DNA of 63,200 bases, filler included, from Bipalium vagum (Eukaryota): the NCBI GenBank assembly GCA_037834085.1. It is 3 parts of 3 records of this genome, joined end to end, with 100 filler letters (N's around TTAATTAATTAA, not from the genome) between each part and the next. Parts side by side here need not be neighbours in the genome. Positions count along the whole stretch, not along the records: positions 47,790 to 63,200 come from JBBMKC010161721.1; 2 more parts are not named here. One strand, 5' to 3'. Made by a program: the position numbers and the translations under genes. Below, piece by piece: positions 63,135 through 63,200 of this stretch. How positions within the stretch are numbered: position 1 is the stretch's first letter; the number at the start of each line of letters is the position of its first letter. Under the pieces are notes generated by a model. That model made no database searches and was not told the DNA's origin. It was given only the letters and a program-made list of their open reading frames with translations.

Positions 63135-63200
<66 letters not shown>
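63135..63200. repeat. (AAT)n microsatellite
   Basis: About 22 perfect AAT units running to the window end. Confidence 0.95.

Noticed and set aside
63135-63200. Telomere or CRISPR-like repeat
   Set aside because: A simple (AAT)n microsatellite with no spacers and no G-rich telomeric unit.
1-63200. Alternative genetic code (TAA/TAG read-through) explaining the many in-frame stops
   Set aside because: LIS1 ends in TAG, NDUFA6 in TAA and the zinc-finger gene in TGA at the expected positions; the relics also carry frameshifts.

Overview
AT-rich animal (invertebrate) nuclear DNA with spliceosomal GT-AG introns and the standard genetic code; not prokaryotic, and no rRNA, tRNA or CRISPR array was seen. 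The window is three unrelated scaffolds (1-21816, 21917-47689, 47790-63200) joined by artificial N44-TTAATTAATTAA-N44 linkers. Scaffold 2 holds the clear genes: a 3-coding-exon Q/N-rich triple-C2H2 zinc-finger factor (+, ~676 aa) convergent with a 7-exon LIS1/PAFAH1B1 (-, 431 aa), NDUFA6 (+, 119 aa) and the 3' end of an SLC16/MCT-like transporter. Scaffolds 1 and 3 are graveyards of decayed mobile DNA: mariner DD34D, maT/DD37D, Tc1/Tc3, piggyBac, hAT, an R2/NeSL/Utopia-type LINE and a small LTR element. Polinton/Maverick (adintovirus-like) fragments also occur: two minor-capsid pieces, a packaging ATPase and a CxxC-repeat ORF on scaffold 1, and a protein-primed PolB on scaffold 2. The most intriguing items are an intact intronless 327-aa orphan ORF (MGGC acylation motif, polybasic patch, split KH-like pattern) surviving among dead transposons, the Polinton relics, a dense ATCRAT motif field in the TE-free genic island, and LIS1's fused central exon. 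All family calls come from motif recognition by eye; no searches were run.
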